Source: an uncultured Acidobacteriaceae bacterium
GTDB taxonomy: Bacteria > Acidobacteriota > Terriglobia > Terriglobales > Acidobacteriaceae
DNA: 64,000 bases
NCBI GenBank assembly: GCA_964245565.1
Contig: CAXTMY010000005.1
Location: forward strand, 24,605-88,604
Direction of reading: 5' to 3'
Made by a program: the position numbers and the translations under genes. Position 1 is the stretch's first letter. Each line of letters opens with the position of its first letter. Below are positions 8,969-18,668 of this stretch, in pieces. The notes under the pieces are model-generated. The model made no database searches. It was not told the origin of the DNA and was given only the letters and a program-made list of their open reading frames with translations.

Positions 8969-10351
8969 CTACGCGCGCACTTCCACGTCAAAGATCGCCG
9001 GATCGGGATCCGCAAAAAACTCCGCGTGCAGCGAGCGGATCGCTTCCTCCACGTCATCTTCATCGATCATGAAGCTCATATTGATCTCGCTCGCGCCCTG
9101 CGAAATCATCCGTACATTAATGTGCCTGATCGCATTAAACAACCGCGCCGCGGTGCCCGAGTGTCCGCGAATGTCTTCACCGACGAGGCACACCAGCGCC
9201 TTGCGCCCTTCGTACTTCACGTCAGCGAGCTTCGACAGATCGGCCGTGATCGCCGGCAGTGCCTCGTTCGAGTCCACCGTCAACGACACGCTGACCTCAG
9301 ACGTCGAGACCATGTCGACCACGCACTTGTGCTTGTCAAAGATGTCGAAGATAGCCTTCATGTAGCCGTGGGTCATCAGCATGCGGCTCGCGACAACGTC
9401 GACGATGGTAAGCCGCTTCTTCGCGGCGATGGACTTGACCGGGTTGCGGCACGGCGGCGCGAGCGCCTGGATGCGCGTGCCCTCGTTCGATGGGTTGCGC
9501 GAATTGAGCACCAGCACCGGAATGTTTTTCTTGACGGCCGGCAGAATCGTCGCCGGATGCAAAACCTTCGCGCCGAAATAGGCGAGCTCGGCTGCTTCTT
9601 CAAACGAGATGTTGCGCACGCGCAGCGCGCCCGGCACAACCCGCGGATCGGTCGTCATAATGCCGTTCACGTCGGTCCAGATTTCAATCGCCTCGGCCTG
9701 CACGCCGCCGCCGACCAGCGCCGCCGTGAAGTCCGACCCGCCACGGCCCAGCGTCGTCGTTACTCCGTTTTCTGTCGAGCCGATAAAGCCGCCCATCACC
9801 ACCGTCCTGCCGGCGTCAGCATGGGGAAGAACGTACTTGCGCAGCTGCTCCTCGATCCGCTCGTCATCCGGGACGGCGCGCATATGCTGCGCGTCGGTGA
9901 TGATGCACTTGCGCGCATCCACGTGCATGCCCTTCAAGTCGCTCTGCGCGAACATCGCAGCGATCATGCGGCTCGACAGGCGCTCGCCGTAGGACACGAT
10001 CATGTCGTTGATCCGCGGCGTAAGCTCACCCACCGCGGACAGGCCGCGCAGCACCTCGTCGAGCGCCGCAAACTCAGCCGCCAGCCAGTCACCCTCCAGG
10101 CCAAGCTCCGCCGAGACAGACTGGTGCCGCACCAGCAGCCGCTCGCTGATGGCAAGCGCAGGCTCGCGTTCCCCACGCGCTGCCGTGGTCGCCGCGAGCA
10201 GCAGCTGATCTGTCACCTTCGCCATGGCAGATACCACGACAATCGGCTGTTGCTCCGGCGTGCGGCGTCCGGCAACAATCGTCGCCGTGCGTCGCATCGC
10301 GGTCGCGTCTTCCACTGACGTTCCGCCGAACTTCATCACGACATACTTCAC
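8969..10351 (-). CDS. lysC: Aspartokinase
   Basis: VMKFGGTSV, VVSAM, TTLGRGGSD, WTDVNG, AYFGAKVLHP, two ACT domains. Confidence 0.96.
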   Translation of the reverse strand: MKYVVMKFGGTSVEDATAMRRTATIVAGRRTPEQQPIVVVSAMAKVTDQLLLAATTAARGEREPALAISERLLVRHQSVSAELGLEGDWLAAEFAALDEVLRGLSAVGELTPRINDMIVSYGERLSSRMIAAMFAQSDLKGMHVDARKCIITDAQHMRAVPDDERIEEQLRKYVLPHADAGRTVVMGGFIGSTENGVTTTLGRGGSDFTAALVGGGVQAEAIEIWTDVNGIMTTDPRVVPGALRVRNISFEEAAELAYFGAKVLHPATILPAVKKNIPVLVLNSRNPSNEGTRIQALAPPCRNPVKSIAAKKRLTIVDVVASRMLMTHGYMKAIFDIFDKHKCVVDMVSTSEVSVSLTVDSNEALPAITADLSKLADVKYEGRKALVCLVGEDIRGHSGTAARLFNAIRHINVRMISQGASEINMSFMIDEDDVEEAIRSLHAEFFADPDPAIFDVEVRA

Positions 10352-11412
10352 CGGGCTGCCGCCTTTCCCGCAGCGAGCCGGCCCTGCGCGTGCAGCAGCT
10401 CCGCATTCAGCAATGCCGCACCCGCGGCTCCGCGTATCGTGTTATGCGAAAGCACCGTGAACTTCCAGTCGAGCAGCGTACACGGCCGCAGGCGTCCAAC
10501 CACCGCGGCCATGCCGTTGCCGCGCATGCGGTCCAGCCGCGGCTGCGGCCGGTCTTCCTGCTCCAGGTATTCCACCGGCTGCGCCGGCGCGCTGGGCAGC
10601 GCATGCCCGGCCAGCGGCGTAAACGCGCGCCAGGCAGCCAGCATCTGTTCGCGCGTTGCCGGCGTCTTCAGCTTCAGCGAGACAGACTCCGTGTGACCAT
10701 CCTCCACCATCACGCGGTTGCAGTGGGCGGTCATCTTCAGCGGCAGCGACGTCACCCCATCCTCGCCGTACGCGCCCAGCAGCTTTGCTGTTTCCGCCAC
10801 CATCTTCTCTTCTTCATTGCGGATAAAAGGCACCACGTTGCCCAGAATATCGAGCGACGGCACACCAGGGTAGCCTGCCCCGGAAACAGCCTGCATCGTG
10901 GTTACGAACAGGCTCTCAATGCCGAACGCCGCGGCCAGCGGTTTGAGCGCAAGCACCAGCCCGATTGCCGAGCAGTTCGGGTTAGTGACGATGGAGCCGC
11001 CGTTCGCCCACTGCTGCCTCGCGGTCAGCGCCAGGTGCTCGGGGTTCACCTCAGGAATCACCAGGGGCGTGTCCGCAGCCATGCGGAAGGCCGCGGAGTT
11101 CGAGATCACGGCACAGCCGGCATTGGCAAACTTTGGCTCCAGTTCGAGCGCAATGTCCGTATCGAGCGCGGCAAAAATCACGCCTGGCATGTTGTCGTCA
11201 GGCGTCGCGGGCGACAGCGGCATGGCCGCGTACTTCTCCGGCAACGGTGTGGCAAGCTTCCAGCGAACCGCATCGCCGTAAAGCTTGCCGCTGGAGCGGT
11301 CGCTGGCGGCGAGCCATGTGACGTGGAACCAGGGGTGGTCCGCAAGAAGTTCTAGAAAACGCTGGCCGACCATGCCGGTCGCGCCCAGGATGCCGATGTT
11401 CAACCGTTCCAT
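10348..11412 (-). CDS. asd: Aspartate-semialdehyde dehydrogenase
   Basis: GATGMVGQ, NPNCS, MQAVSGAG, HCNRV, HNTIRGAAG. Confidence 0.96.
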   Translation of the reverse strand: MERLNIGILGATGMVGQRFLELLADHPWFHVTWLAASDRSSGKLYGDAVRWKLATPLPEKYAAMPLSPATPDDNMPGVIFAALDTDIALELEPKFANAGCAVISNSAAFRMAADTPLVIPEVNPEHLALTARQQWANGGSIVTNPNCSAIGLVLALKPLAAAFGIESLFVTTMQAVSGAGYPGVPSLDILGNVVPFIRNEEEKMVAETAKLLGAYGEDGVTSLPLKMTAHCNRVMVEDGHTESVSLKLKTPATREQMLAAWRAFTPLAGHALPSAPAQPVEYLEQEDRPQPRLDRMRGNGMAAVVGRLRPCTLLDWKFTVLSHNTIRGAAGAALLNAELLHAQGRLAAGKAAAR

Positions 11413-11538
11413 GCTGCGGGTATGTCTCCTCGTTACCGCCACGCGTCACGTTTTGAGCAGGGCGAACCCGCGCTGGGGTTGCGGTAAGTGTACCGGCTTT
11501 TGCTAGGCTAAGATAGTTGGTCAAGAAGAGGAGCCTCC

Positions 11539-11784
11539 ATGGAATTCACGACCCTGGAAGCAAAGACGCAACTCTCAAAGCTGCTGGCCATGGTGCGGGC
11601 CGGCGAGGAAGTGGTGATTACCGCAGGGCGCGAGCGTAAGCCCGTGGCGAAGCTGGTGCCGGTTGAACCGAAGCGGGGCATACGGATCGGCTTGATGAAG
11701 GACATCATGCCGCCAATTACATCGGACTTGTTTGAACCGCTGCCGGAAGAGGAACTGCGCGCCTGGGAGGAAGGTGAGGTTTGA
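11539..11784 (+). CDS. Phd/YefM-family antitoxin
   Basis: EAKTQLSKLL...GEEVVIT...PVAKLVP; GAGGAG RBS. Confidence 0.9.
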   Translation: MEFTTLEAKTQLSKLLAMVRAGEEVVITAGRERKPVAKLVPVEPKRGIRIGLMKDIMPPITSDLFEPLPEEELRAWEEGEV

Positions 11785-12169
11785 CCTGCCTGGTGGATAC
11801 CCACACGCTTCTATGGGCCGCGCAGTGGGCGATGAGCGCCTGTCGAGCACTGCGACCGAAATTCTCGAGGATGCGACCGTAGCCATCTATGCGTCGGCGA
11901 TCAGCGGGTTTGAGCTGTCTACCAAATACCGCCTTGGCAAGCTGCCGGAAGCAGCACCGCTGGTATTTGATTTTGAAGGCTGGCTGCGCAGGCTCGGTTT
12001 CTTGACCTTGCAATTAACAATCCGGCACGCCGTGCATGCCGGCTCCTATCCGGCCACGCATCGGGATCCGTTCGACCGTCTCCTGGCCGCGCAGGCTGAG
12101 CTTGAAGGAATGATCCTGCTGAGCCGGGATTCTTCGCTCGACGAGTTCGGCATTCGGCGGAAGTGGTGA
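11781..12169 (+). pseudogene. vapC: VapC/PIN toxin with a 2-nt frameshift near 11820
   Basis: TTG at 11781 (overlapping the antitoxin TGA) gives MTCLVDTHTLLWA. The rest (AVGDERLS...SAIS..E...HRDPFDRLLAAQA...LSRD) is in another frame. Span is 389 nt = 129 codons + 2. Confidence 0.85.
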
Positions 12170-12182
12170 GCCCGCTCATCCT

Positions 12183-12956
12183 CTAAAACGTAAACGCCTG
12201 CTGTACCGTCCCGTTTGCCTGCACCCGGATCACAGCCGACTTCTTGCCCAGCTGCTCCTGCGCAGCGGTCAGCGTATAGGTTCCCGGCGGCAGTCCCCGG
12301 ATGGTAAAGCTGCCATCGTTTCCGGTGACCGCAAAAAACGGGTTCGGCAGAATACTCAGATAAGCATGCATCCACGGATGGTTGTTGCACCGGATCGGGA
12401 TCATCATTTCCGGCGACTGAAAGTAGCGGGACACCGGGCCGCCGCCCGGGCCTTGCGAGATATCGAACGCATTGTTCCCCGGCTGCGTCGGCGACATGTG
12501 GACATTGTGCTGGGTCGGGTCAGAGTTGGTGAACTCAACCTGCTGGCCGGCCATTGCTGCAGACACGTGCGGGACGAAACGGCAGCCTTTCTGGTCGATG
12601 ATCACAGGCGCGCGGGTAATGGGGTACGCCTTATCGCCGAGCCCCGACTGGATCGAAACAACGACGTTCGCCAGCGCGCCCTGCTTGTTCACCACAATGG
12701 AGTCCGTCATGCTGTCGCCGCTCATCGCGCAGACCGGGTCCTGGGCCATGTCAATGGCCACGGGAGCAGGCGCGTGGCCTGCATAGTGAACGACACCGGT
12801 CACTGTTCCGCCGTGCGCCAGGTCGATCTGCGTGTACTGCTTGGTAGGCCCGAAGGCGCCGGGCTTGCAGCCGGCATACACCAGCAGGCAGGCAGCAGCC
12901 GCAGGCAGCAGCCAGCGGGTCGCGGGCGGAACACGTCGTGTGCGAGCAGGATCCAT
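12183..12956 (-). CDS. Lipoprotein with cupredoxin-like core and carboxypeptidase-regulatory-like domains
   Basis: Lipobox-like LVYAGC; IDQKGCRFVPH, NSDPTQHNVH, CNNHPWM, DGSFTIRGLPPGTY. Confidence 0.78.
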   Translation of the reverse strand: MDPARTRRVPPATRWLLPAAAACLLVYAGCKPGAFGPTKQYTQIDLAHGGTVTGVVHYAGHAPAPVAIDMAQDPVCAMSGDSMTDSIVVNKQGALANVVVSIQSGLGDKAYPITRAPVIIDQKGCRFVPHVSAAMAGQQVEFTNSDPTQHNVHMSPTQPGNNAFDISQGPGGGPVSRYFQSPEMMIPIRCNNHPWMHAYLSILPNPFFAVTGNDGSFTIRGLPPGTYTLTAAQEQLGKKSAVIRVQANGTVQQAFTF

Positions 12957-12993
12957 CTGGATATGCTACGCCCGCGCGTTCGGTTTCGTGATC

Positions 12994-13284
12994 TTAGCGC
13001 TCGATCCTGCGATCGCTGTACCTGCGGTAAACGGTGCGATGGCCGCCGTAGCTGAATACCCCAAGCGCCACCAGCAGGTGCAGGATGAACCACAGGGAAA
13101 TCCCCTGGGCGAGATAGATCATGAAGAGCACCAGCACGCGGGGAAGGAAGATCCACAGCGCGAGCCCGGCAAGGGGAATCACAGGGAAGCGCCAGTGCTC
13201 CAGCCAGCCGAGCAGCAGTGCGATACGCGGCACAAAAAGACTGAGAACCAGGAACCAGAGCGGCAAATAATGCAGGCTGTACAT
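12994..13284 (-). CDS. Small hypothetical membrane protein
   Basis: 96 aa, about 3 hydrophobic segments, GAGG RBS, in operon position. Confidence 0.7.
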   Translation of the reverse strand: MYSLHYLPLWFLVLSLFVPRIALLLGWLEHWRFPVIPLAGLALWIFLPRVLVLFMIYLAQGISLWFILHLLVALGVFSYGGHRTVYRRYSDRRIER

Positions 13285-13323
13285 GTGGCCTCTTTCTCAA
13301 ACAAATGGAACCGGCGCGGTAGC

Positions 13324-14343
13324 TTATGCGAGCGCGTGCAATATGGCCTCGGTGAAAGCCGTGGTGCCTGCGCTTCCGCCAACGTCCCGGGTCAGCGTCT
13401 TGCCTTCGGCATAGACCGTTTCAATCGCTGTCTGGATTCTATCGGCCGAATCTGTCTCGTCAAGATGCCGCAGCATCAGCACCGCGGATTGCAGCAGCGC
13501 AGTGGGGTTGGCCTTGTCCTGCCCGGCGATGTCCGGGGCCGACCCATGCACCGCCTCGAAGATCGCGGCATGCTCGCCCAGGTTCGCGCCCGGCACCAGG
13601 CCGAGACCGCCGACAAATCCAGAGCAAAGGTCCGACAGGATGTCGCCATACAGGTTCTCCATCACCATCACGTCATACTGGTATGGATTCGTCACAAGCT
13701 GCATGCAGGTGTTGTCGACAATGTGTTCCGCGTAGGCAATCTCCGGGTGCGCCTCGGCGACCTTGCGTGCGCAGCGCAGGAAGAGGCCGTCCGTCAGCTT
13801 CATGATGTTCGCCTTGTGGATCGCGTGGACTTTCTTACGCCCATGCTTCTCGGCGTAGTCAAACGCAAACTTCGCAACCCGCGTCGAACCCTTCTCGGTA
13901 ATCACCTTGAGCGAGGTACACACGCCCGGCACGATCTCCTGCTCCAGGCCGACGTACAGCCCCTCGGTATTTTCACGGACAATCACCAGGTCAACGTCCG
14001 GATACTTGGTCGCGAGACCGGGGAGGTTCCGGATCGGGCGCACGTTCGCAAACAGGTCGAACTGCTTGCGCAGCGTCACGTTGATGCTCTTGAACCCCTC
14101 GCCGATCGGCGTCGTGACCGGCCCCTTGAGCGCAACCTTCGTGCGGCCCACGGACTCATAAAGAGCCTTCGGGATGTACTCGCCCGTCTTCGCGAACGCA
14201 TCGGCGCCGGCCTCGTACGGCTCCCATGCAAAGCTGGTGCCCGTAAGTTTGCCCGCAGCTTCCAGGATACGGACGGTAGCGCCCGTAACTTCCGGGCCGA
14301 TGCCGTCGCCGGCAATGAGAGTAACAGTATGTTGAGTGCTCAT
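13324..14343 (-). CDS. Isocitrate/isopropylmalate dehydrogenase family, probably NAD-dependent isocitrate dehydrogenase
   Basis: GDGIGPE, SINVTLR, RENTEG, HKANIMK, NLYGDILSD, EAVHGSAPDIAG. Confidence 0.9.
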   Translation of the reverse strand: MSTQHTVTLIAGDGIGPEVTGATVRILEAAGKLTGTSFAWEPYEAGADAFAKTGEYIPKALYESVGRTKVALKGPVTTPIGEGFKSINVTLRKQFDLFANVRPIRNLPGLATKYPDVDLVIVRENTEGLYVGLEQEIVPGVCTSLKVITEKGSTRVAKFAFDYAEKHGRKKVHAIHKANIMKLTDGLFLRCARKVAEAHPEIAYAEHIVDNTCMQLVTNPYQYDVMVMENLYGDILSDLCSGFVGGLGLVPGANLGEHAAIFEAVHGSAPDIAGQDKANPTALLQSAVLMLRHLDETDSADRIQTAIETVYAEGKTLTRDVGGSAGTTAFTEAILHALA

Positions 14344-14852
14344 AGGTCGGGAATCGTAACTTCTTTCTGAGGGTCTGCACCGGCTGCCGCTGCCTGTGTC
14401 CGTGACTGCACAAGCCGTTCGAGCTCATCGCGGAACTCGGCGGCGTCCTTGAACTCGCGATAAACACTTGCGAACCGAATATAAGCGATCGTGTCCAGCT
14501 TTTTCAGGCCTTCCATCGTCAGCAGGCCCAGCTCAGAGGTCGTGCGCTCGCGGTCGGGCGCATCGTTCAAAAACACCTCCGCTGCGTCAACGATCTCCTC
14601 CAGCTGGCGCATCGCGATCGGCCGCTTCTCGCATGCGTGCTGCAGCCCGGTCAGCATCTTCTGCCGGTCGAACTTCTCGCGGCGGCCGTCTTTTTTGACG
14701 ACCATGCACGGAATCTCGTCCAGGCGCTCGTAGGTGGTAAAGCGCTTGGTGCATCGGTCGCACTCCCGGCGGCGCCGGACCGCGGCCGACTCTTCGATCT
14801 CCCGCGAGTCGACGACACGGTCCTGGGTAAAGCCGCAGAAAGGGCACTTCAT
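14340..14852 (-). CDS. nrdR: Transcriptional repressor NrdR
   Basis: MKCPFC, VVDSR, RRRRECxxC, RFTTYE, ATP cone, AYIRFASVYREF. Confidence 0.97.
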   Translation of the reverse strand: MKCPFCGFTQDRVVDSREIEESAAVRRRRECDRCTKRFTTYERLDEIPCMVVKKDGRREKFDRQKMLTGLQHACEKRPIAMRQLEEIVDAAEVFLNDAPDRERTTSELGLLTMEGLKKLDTIAYIRFASVYREFKDAAEFRDELERLVQSRTQAAAAGADPQKEVTIPDL

Positions 14853-14880
14853 GGGTGACGCAATCTTAACAGCTACCTAT

Positions 14881-14990
14881 AGCATTTTCACTCTTGGTGG
14901 AGAGGGCTGACTTCACGCTCCAGTGGCTTTTCCCGACGGAAAAGCCACGCGCACACTTGCCGGTCTCACCAGGCGTGGAGTGAAAATGCT
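14881..14990. repeat. Family A palindromic repeat
   Basis: Perfect 13-bp terminal inverted repeat AGCATTTTCACTC/GAGTGAAAATGCT; central GTGGCTTTTCC-CGAC-GGAAAAGCCAC. Confidence 0.92.
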
Positions 14991-15000
14991 TTACCCTCCA

Positions 15001-15474
15001 CTACAGCCGGCTGCGGACGAACCGCCGCACCAGCTCGGTCGTTACCCCGTAGACCAGATGGGTCACCCACTCGCTGACCCGCTCCTGCGCCGGCTGCTCC
15101 GGCACAGGCTCCACCATCCCGGCCCGCGGCAGCACCCCCTGGTGGGTCAGCCGGTTCAGCGTCAGCCCAAATGCTGCTCCGGCCCAGGCGGTGGAACGCG
15201 GCTGGTACTCAGCCGCCACGCCATAAATACCGCCCGTCACCGTGCCGAATGTCCAGTGGATCGCACTGGTCGCGGCCTTTTTTCCACCCGGCGGCAAATG
15301 GATGTCGGTAGCAGACTCGGCGCGCTCGACAACGATTTGCGGCGGCGGGATCTGGCCCTGGGTGCGCGGCGGCAGTAGCTTTTCGCCGACAACCTTGGCG
15401 GCTGTACCCACAAGCCCCCCGGCAAGCCCGGCGAGCAGCGCCTTGTAGAAAGAGGTAGAACGTTGCGAGGCCAT
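15001..15474 (-). CDS. DUF1440/YagU-like membrane protein
   Basis: AGLAGGLVG, PP, IHWTFG, GIYG, SE..THLVYG..TELVRR. Confidence 0.8.
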   Translation of the reverse strand: MASQRSTSFYKALLAGLAGGLVGTAAKVVGEKLLPPRTQGQIPPPQIVVERAESATDIHLPPGGKKAATSAIHWTFGTVTGGIYGVAAEYQPRSTAWAGAAFGLTLNRLTHQGVLPRAGMVEPVPEQPAQERVSEWVTHLVYGVTTELVRRFVRSRL

Positions 15475-15577
15475 ATGCTGATGGGATGCTACGGAGCCGG
15501 CACCTCGGCCTGCCTGCTCTCCAGTTTTTCGCCGTATCGGGCGGGCAACATCGCATGCTGCCACAGCGTCCTAACTA

Positions 15578-15676
15578 CTAGATCGCGAGAGCTGGACCTG
15601 AATGGCTGAAACGGGTGCTTCGAGCGGTGCGAAACCACTGCTCTCACCTGCGACGCTTGCTCCGCTCTCGCGATTC
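15578..15676. repeat. About 95-bp element bounded by an 11-bp inverted repeat
   Basis: ATCGCGAGAGC (15582-15592) / GCTCTCGCGAT (15664-15674), preceded by CTAG. Confidence 0.55.
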
Positions 15677-15703
15677 ACCCATTTACTCGAACAACTCACT
15701 CCT

Positions 15704-16771
15704 TCAAGCTTCCGCCGGTTCAGTGTGGTGGGCCACTTCCTCGCTCGCCTGTTCGCTTTCCTCCGCTACTTTCTTCAGCGAAACATGCTCGAAGCGCGCC
15801 CAGATCAGCCCGACGGGGATGATGCTGATGAACGTTACGATCAGGAGCATGGCGGCAGCGGCGAGCGCCGGTTCCCGCGCCACGTTAAAGTAATTCTGCA
15901 TGGCGGCCATCACAATGCCGATCTGGGTAAACCACCCGAGAACAGGCAGCTGAATCAGCGAACCCGCCGTGCTCGTGGCCATCAGCAGCATGCAGCGAGA
16001 GAGCGTCATGTGCGCGAGCTGCGGCGATGCGCTGAATGCTTTAAAGGTCTCAAGGTAAGAGAAGGCGATCATGACCCACATCGCGAGTGAAATGGCCAGC
16101 GTCTTCAAAAAGTCCCCGAATGACGTGATAGCGTTCAGGCCGTCCCGAAAGGACAGCACTTTCTCGCGAACGCTTGTCCCCAGTTTGGGCGACATGGAAC
16201 CGAACAGATGCCCCAGCATCTCGGCGACTTTGCGGCCCGCCGCTCTTACGAAAAAAGCAAAGCCGATGAAAACCACGACCAGCACCAGGCCCGACAGGGC
16301 CGCCTTGTTCATCAGTTCAGGGTGGGGCAGGGAATGGCGGTCAGGAGCGAACAGCAGGACAACGGCAAAGATCAGTGCTACCGATCCCATGTCGAACATG
16401 CGGTCCAGGGCGTATGCGGCAAACTGGCCGCTGAGCGGCAGCTGCGTCCGGCGTGAGACCAGGTACGGGCGCACCGGGTCGGCAGGGCGACCCAGCAGGG
16501 CAACGGCGGTAAAGCCGATCACCTGGGTGCCGATGAGCGAAACAGCGCTGACCCGCTTGGTGGGCTTTAAGAACAGTGCCCAGCGCGCGGCCCGCAGGCA
16601 GTAGCCGGCCCAGATCAGCGCCACACCGAGGGCGAACAGCTTCCAGTCCGCCAGCTGCAGCTGGGTAAAGAACGTGTGCCAGTCAAAATGAATGCGCCCG
16701 CGCAGCAGAAACACCGCCGCCGCGAGGATTACGAGCACGGCAATCCAGAGCGCTGTGCGGTTCTTCTTCAA
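15704..16771 (-). CDS. UPF0104/lysylphosphatidylglycerol-synthase TM-domain (flippase-like) protein
   Basis: LRAARW, GRPADPVRPYL, DRMFD; multiple hydrophobic segments. Confidence 0.82.
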   Translation of the reverse strand: MKKNRTALWIAVLVILAAAVFLLRGRIHFDWHTFFTQLQLADWKLFALGVALIWAGYCLRAARWALFLKPTKRVSAVSLIGTQVIGFTAVALLGRPADPVRPYLVSRRTQLPLSGQFAAYALDRMFDMGSVALIFAVVLLFAPDRHSLPHPELMNKAALSGLVLVVVFIGFAFFVRAAGRKVAEMLGHLFGSMSPKLGTSVREKVLSFRDGLNAITSFGDFLKTLAISLAMWVMIAFSYLETFKAFSASPQLAHMTLSRCMLLMATSTAGSLIQLPVLGWFTQIGIVMAAMQNYFNVAREPALAAAAMLLIVTFISIIPVGLIWARFEHVSLKKVAEESEQASEEVAHHTEPAEA

Positions 16772-16804
16772 CTTGGGGCCTCTCCTTCGAGTGTTCCTGT
16801 TGGC

Positions 16805-17620
16805 CTACGGGCGCGTGACCCGGCTTGCCGTAACGCTTGCCAGCGACAGGGCGGCCTGCCGCGCCGCATAGCGCTGGTTGAACTCATGGATAATGCGCGT
16901 CACGTAAGCGCGGGTCTCCCGGTAGGGTGGAATGCCGTGCCAGCGGTCGACCGCCGCCGGGCCGGCGTTGTAAGCGGCCAGCGCAAAGGCCAGGTTGTCA
17001 TGGTACCGGTGCAGCAGCGCATCCAGGTAAGCGGCTCCGCCTCCGACGTTCTCCTTCGGGGCATAAGCGTCCTGGACGCCGAGCTCGGCAGCGGTCCCGG
17101 GCATCAGCTGCATCAGGCCTTCCGCCCCGGCACGGCTGCGCGCATGCACATGGCTGCTGCTCTCCGCGTGCACCACGCTGGCGAGCAGGTCGATATCAAG
17201 GTCATGCGAAGCGCCCGCATCCCGCAGCACTTCCTTCAGTTCAGCCGGGCTCAGCACTTCGTTCGCCGGCTCGCCTGCCGCAGCCGGTTTGGCCGCGGTC
17301 AGCTTGGCCTCGGTTGGCGCCTGCGCAGCTTCCGGCGCGGCCTCTATCGAGACGATGTCGGCAGTCCGCACGTCGATGTAGTTGCTCCCGGCGGCGTCCA
17401 GGTACAGCCGCGCCGTGCCGCCCGATGCAGCGCGATGATCGCAGATCAGGTCGAAGCCGTTGCGCAGCGTTATGTGCTCCGCGGCGTGCGCCACCGTCGC
17501 GGCGGAACAAACAAACATGCCGGCCAGCGGGAGGGCCACCGCTGCCCGTTGCAGCAGCAGCAGGCCTCGTGCCCGCGCCGGCGGTTTCACAGTTTTTGCT
17601 GAAGGGCGCATTGCCGTCAA
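16805..17620 (-). CDS. SLT-domain lytic transglycosylase
   Basis: VHAESS, GAEGLMQLMPGTA, LAAYNAG, PPYRETRAYV. Confidence 0.93.
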   Translation of the reverse strand: MTAMRPSAKTVKPPARARGLLLLQRAAVALPLAGMFVCSAATVAHAAEHITLRNGFDLICDHRAASGGTARLYLDAAGSNYIDVRTADIVSIEAAPEAAQAPTEAKLTAAKPAAAGEPANEVLSPAELKEVLRDAGASHDLDIDLLASVVHAESSSHVHARSRAGAEGLMQLMPGTAAELGVQDAYAPKENVGGGAAYLDALLHRYHDNLAFALAAYNAGPAAVDRWHGIPPYRETRAYVTRIIHEFNQRYAARQAALSLASVTASRVTRP

Positions 17621-18546
17621 TCTACCACCATCGACAGGCTGGCCGCGTTCGAGGCCTCGATCGCTCGCTCCAGCGCGAGTGCGGCGCCATCCTCATCGTT
17701 GGTCGCCGTCATCTGCCAGCCGCCGCGCACCGCCTCCTCGCGCAGCAGTGCCGTTGCGTTCCCCATCAGGACCGGCTGGCCGGCCCAGCGAAGCATCTCC
17801 AGGTCGTTCCAGTTGTCGCCCACCGCCATCACCGCATCCCGCGGAATACCGCGTCTCTCCGCCAGCCTCGCCAGCGCCACACCCTTGTTGCAGCCGAGCG
17901 GCAGAATATCCAGGATGCCCAGGTCCCTCTCGACATACTCCGTGCGGTGCGTCTCGATCCCGGCGGCATAGGGCGAGTCGAGCAGGTGCGCTTCCGCCCG
18001 CGTCATCTGCTCGATCGTCCCGCAGATCATGCCCTGGATCGGCGCCTCGCCCCGATCGAAAACTCTTTCCAGCGGATCGACCTGCTCGATATACGGCAGG
18101 TTCGCCTCCACCCACAGGGCGATCCGGTCGTGCAGTCGATCGAGCGATTCCAGCACCAGCTCGCCGGGACCGACTTTATCGAAGGTGAACACCATCGTCC
18201 CGCCGAACTGCCGCAGTTCCGTGCAGACGGCGCGCGCGGTCGGGAGCGATAGAAAAAACCGGTCGATCAGGTTTCCGGCAAAGTCCCGCGTTACCGCTCC
18301 GTTTGAGGAAATAAGGATTGTCTCCGGGGCAAGGCCGAGCGGGTCGAGCAGGGGCTTGGCATAGGCGTCGCGGCGGCCGGTAGCGACGCACACCTCGACT
18401 CCTGCCGCAACCGCCCGCCGTACAGCCGCGATCGTCCGCTCGCTCATGCGTTCGCCGCGTGTCGGCAGCAGCGTACCGTCGATGTCAAAGGCGACCAGTT
18501 GAATGGGCGGCAGCGCATGCCGCCGGTGCAGATCTCGCGGAGTCAT
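17617..18546 (-). CDS. Cof-type HAD-IIB hydrolase
   Basis: DIDGTL, ATGR, NGA, KG, VGDNWNDLEML. Confidence 0.92.
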   Translation of the reverse strand: MTPRDLHRRHALPPIQLVAFDIDGTLLPTRGERMSERTIAAVRRAVAAGVEVCVATGRRDAYAKPLLDPLGLAPETILISSNGAVTRDFAGNLIDRFFLSLPTARAVCTELRQFGGTMVFTFDKVGPGELVLESLDRLHDRIALWVEANLPYIEQVDPLERVFDRGEAPIQGMICGTIEQMTRAEAHLLDSPYAAGIETHRTEYVERDLGILDILPLGCNKGVALARLAERRGIPRDAVMAVGDNWNDLEMLRWAGQPVLMGNATALLREEAVRGGWQMTATNDEDGAALALERAIEASNAASLSMVVD

Positions 18547-18668
18547 TGGTCTTTAGTTTACCGGGGCAGCCACCGGGGGCATGTTGCTGAATCAGGGATG
18601 GGTAAGTCTTTGGTCACCTCCCTGTCCCGCGGTGGAGACCCGCGAAGCCGGCCTTGTAGTCTGGAAGC

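Noticed and set aside
8357-10318. 653-aa plus-strand ORF, and other long antisense ORFs (for example 2947-4257, 12832-14370, 23988-26138, 61235-62881)
   Set aside because: Shadow frames of well-supported opposite-strand genes, expected in GC-rich DNA; no recognisable motifs.
11413-11538. Possible lysine riboswitch upstream of asd-lysC
   Set aside because: The spacer is too short, is shared with the antitoxin promoter, and lacks recognisable L-box motifs.
11732-12169. 145-aa ORF taken as an intact VapC
   Set aside because: Its N-terminus overlaps the antitoxin and lacks the DTH motif, which lies in another frame.
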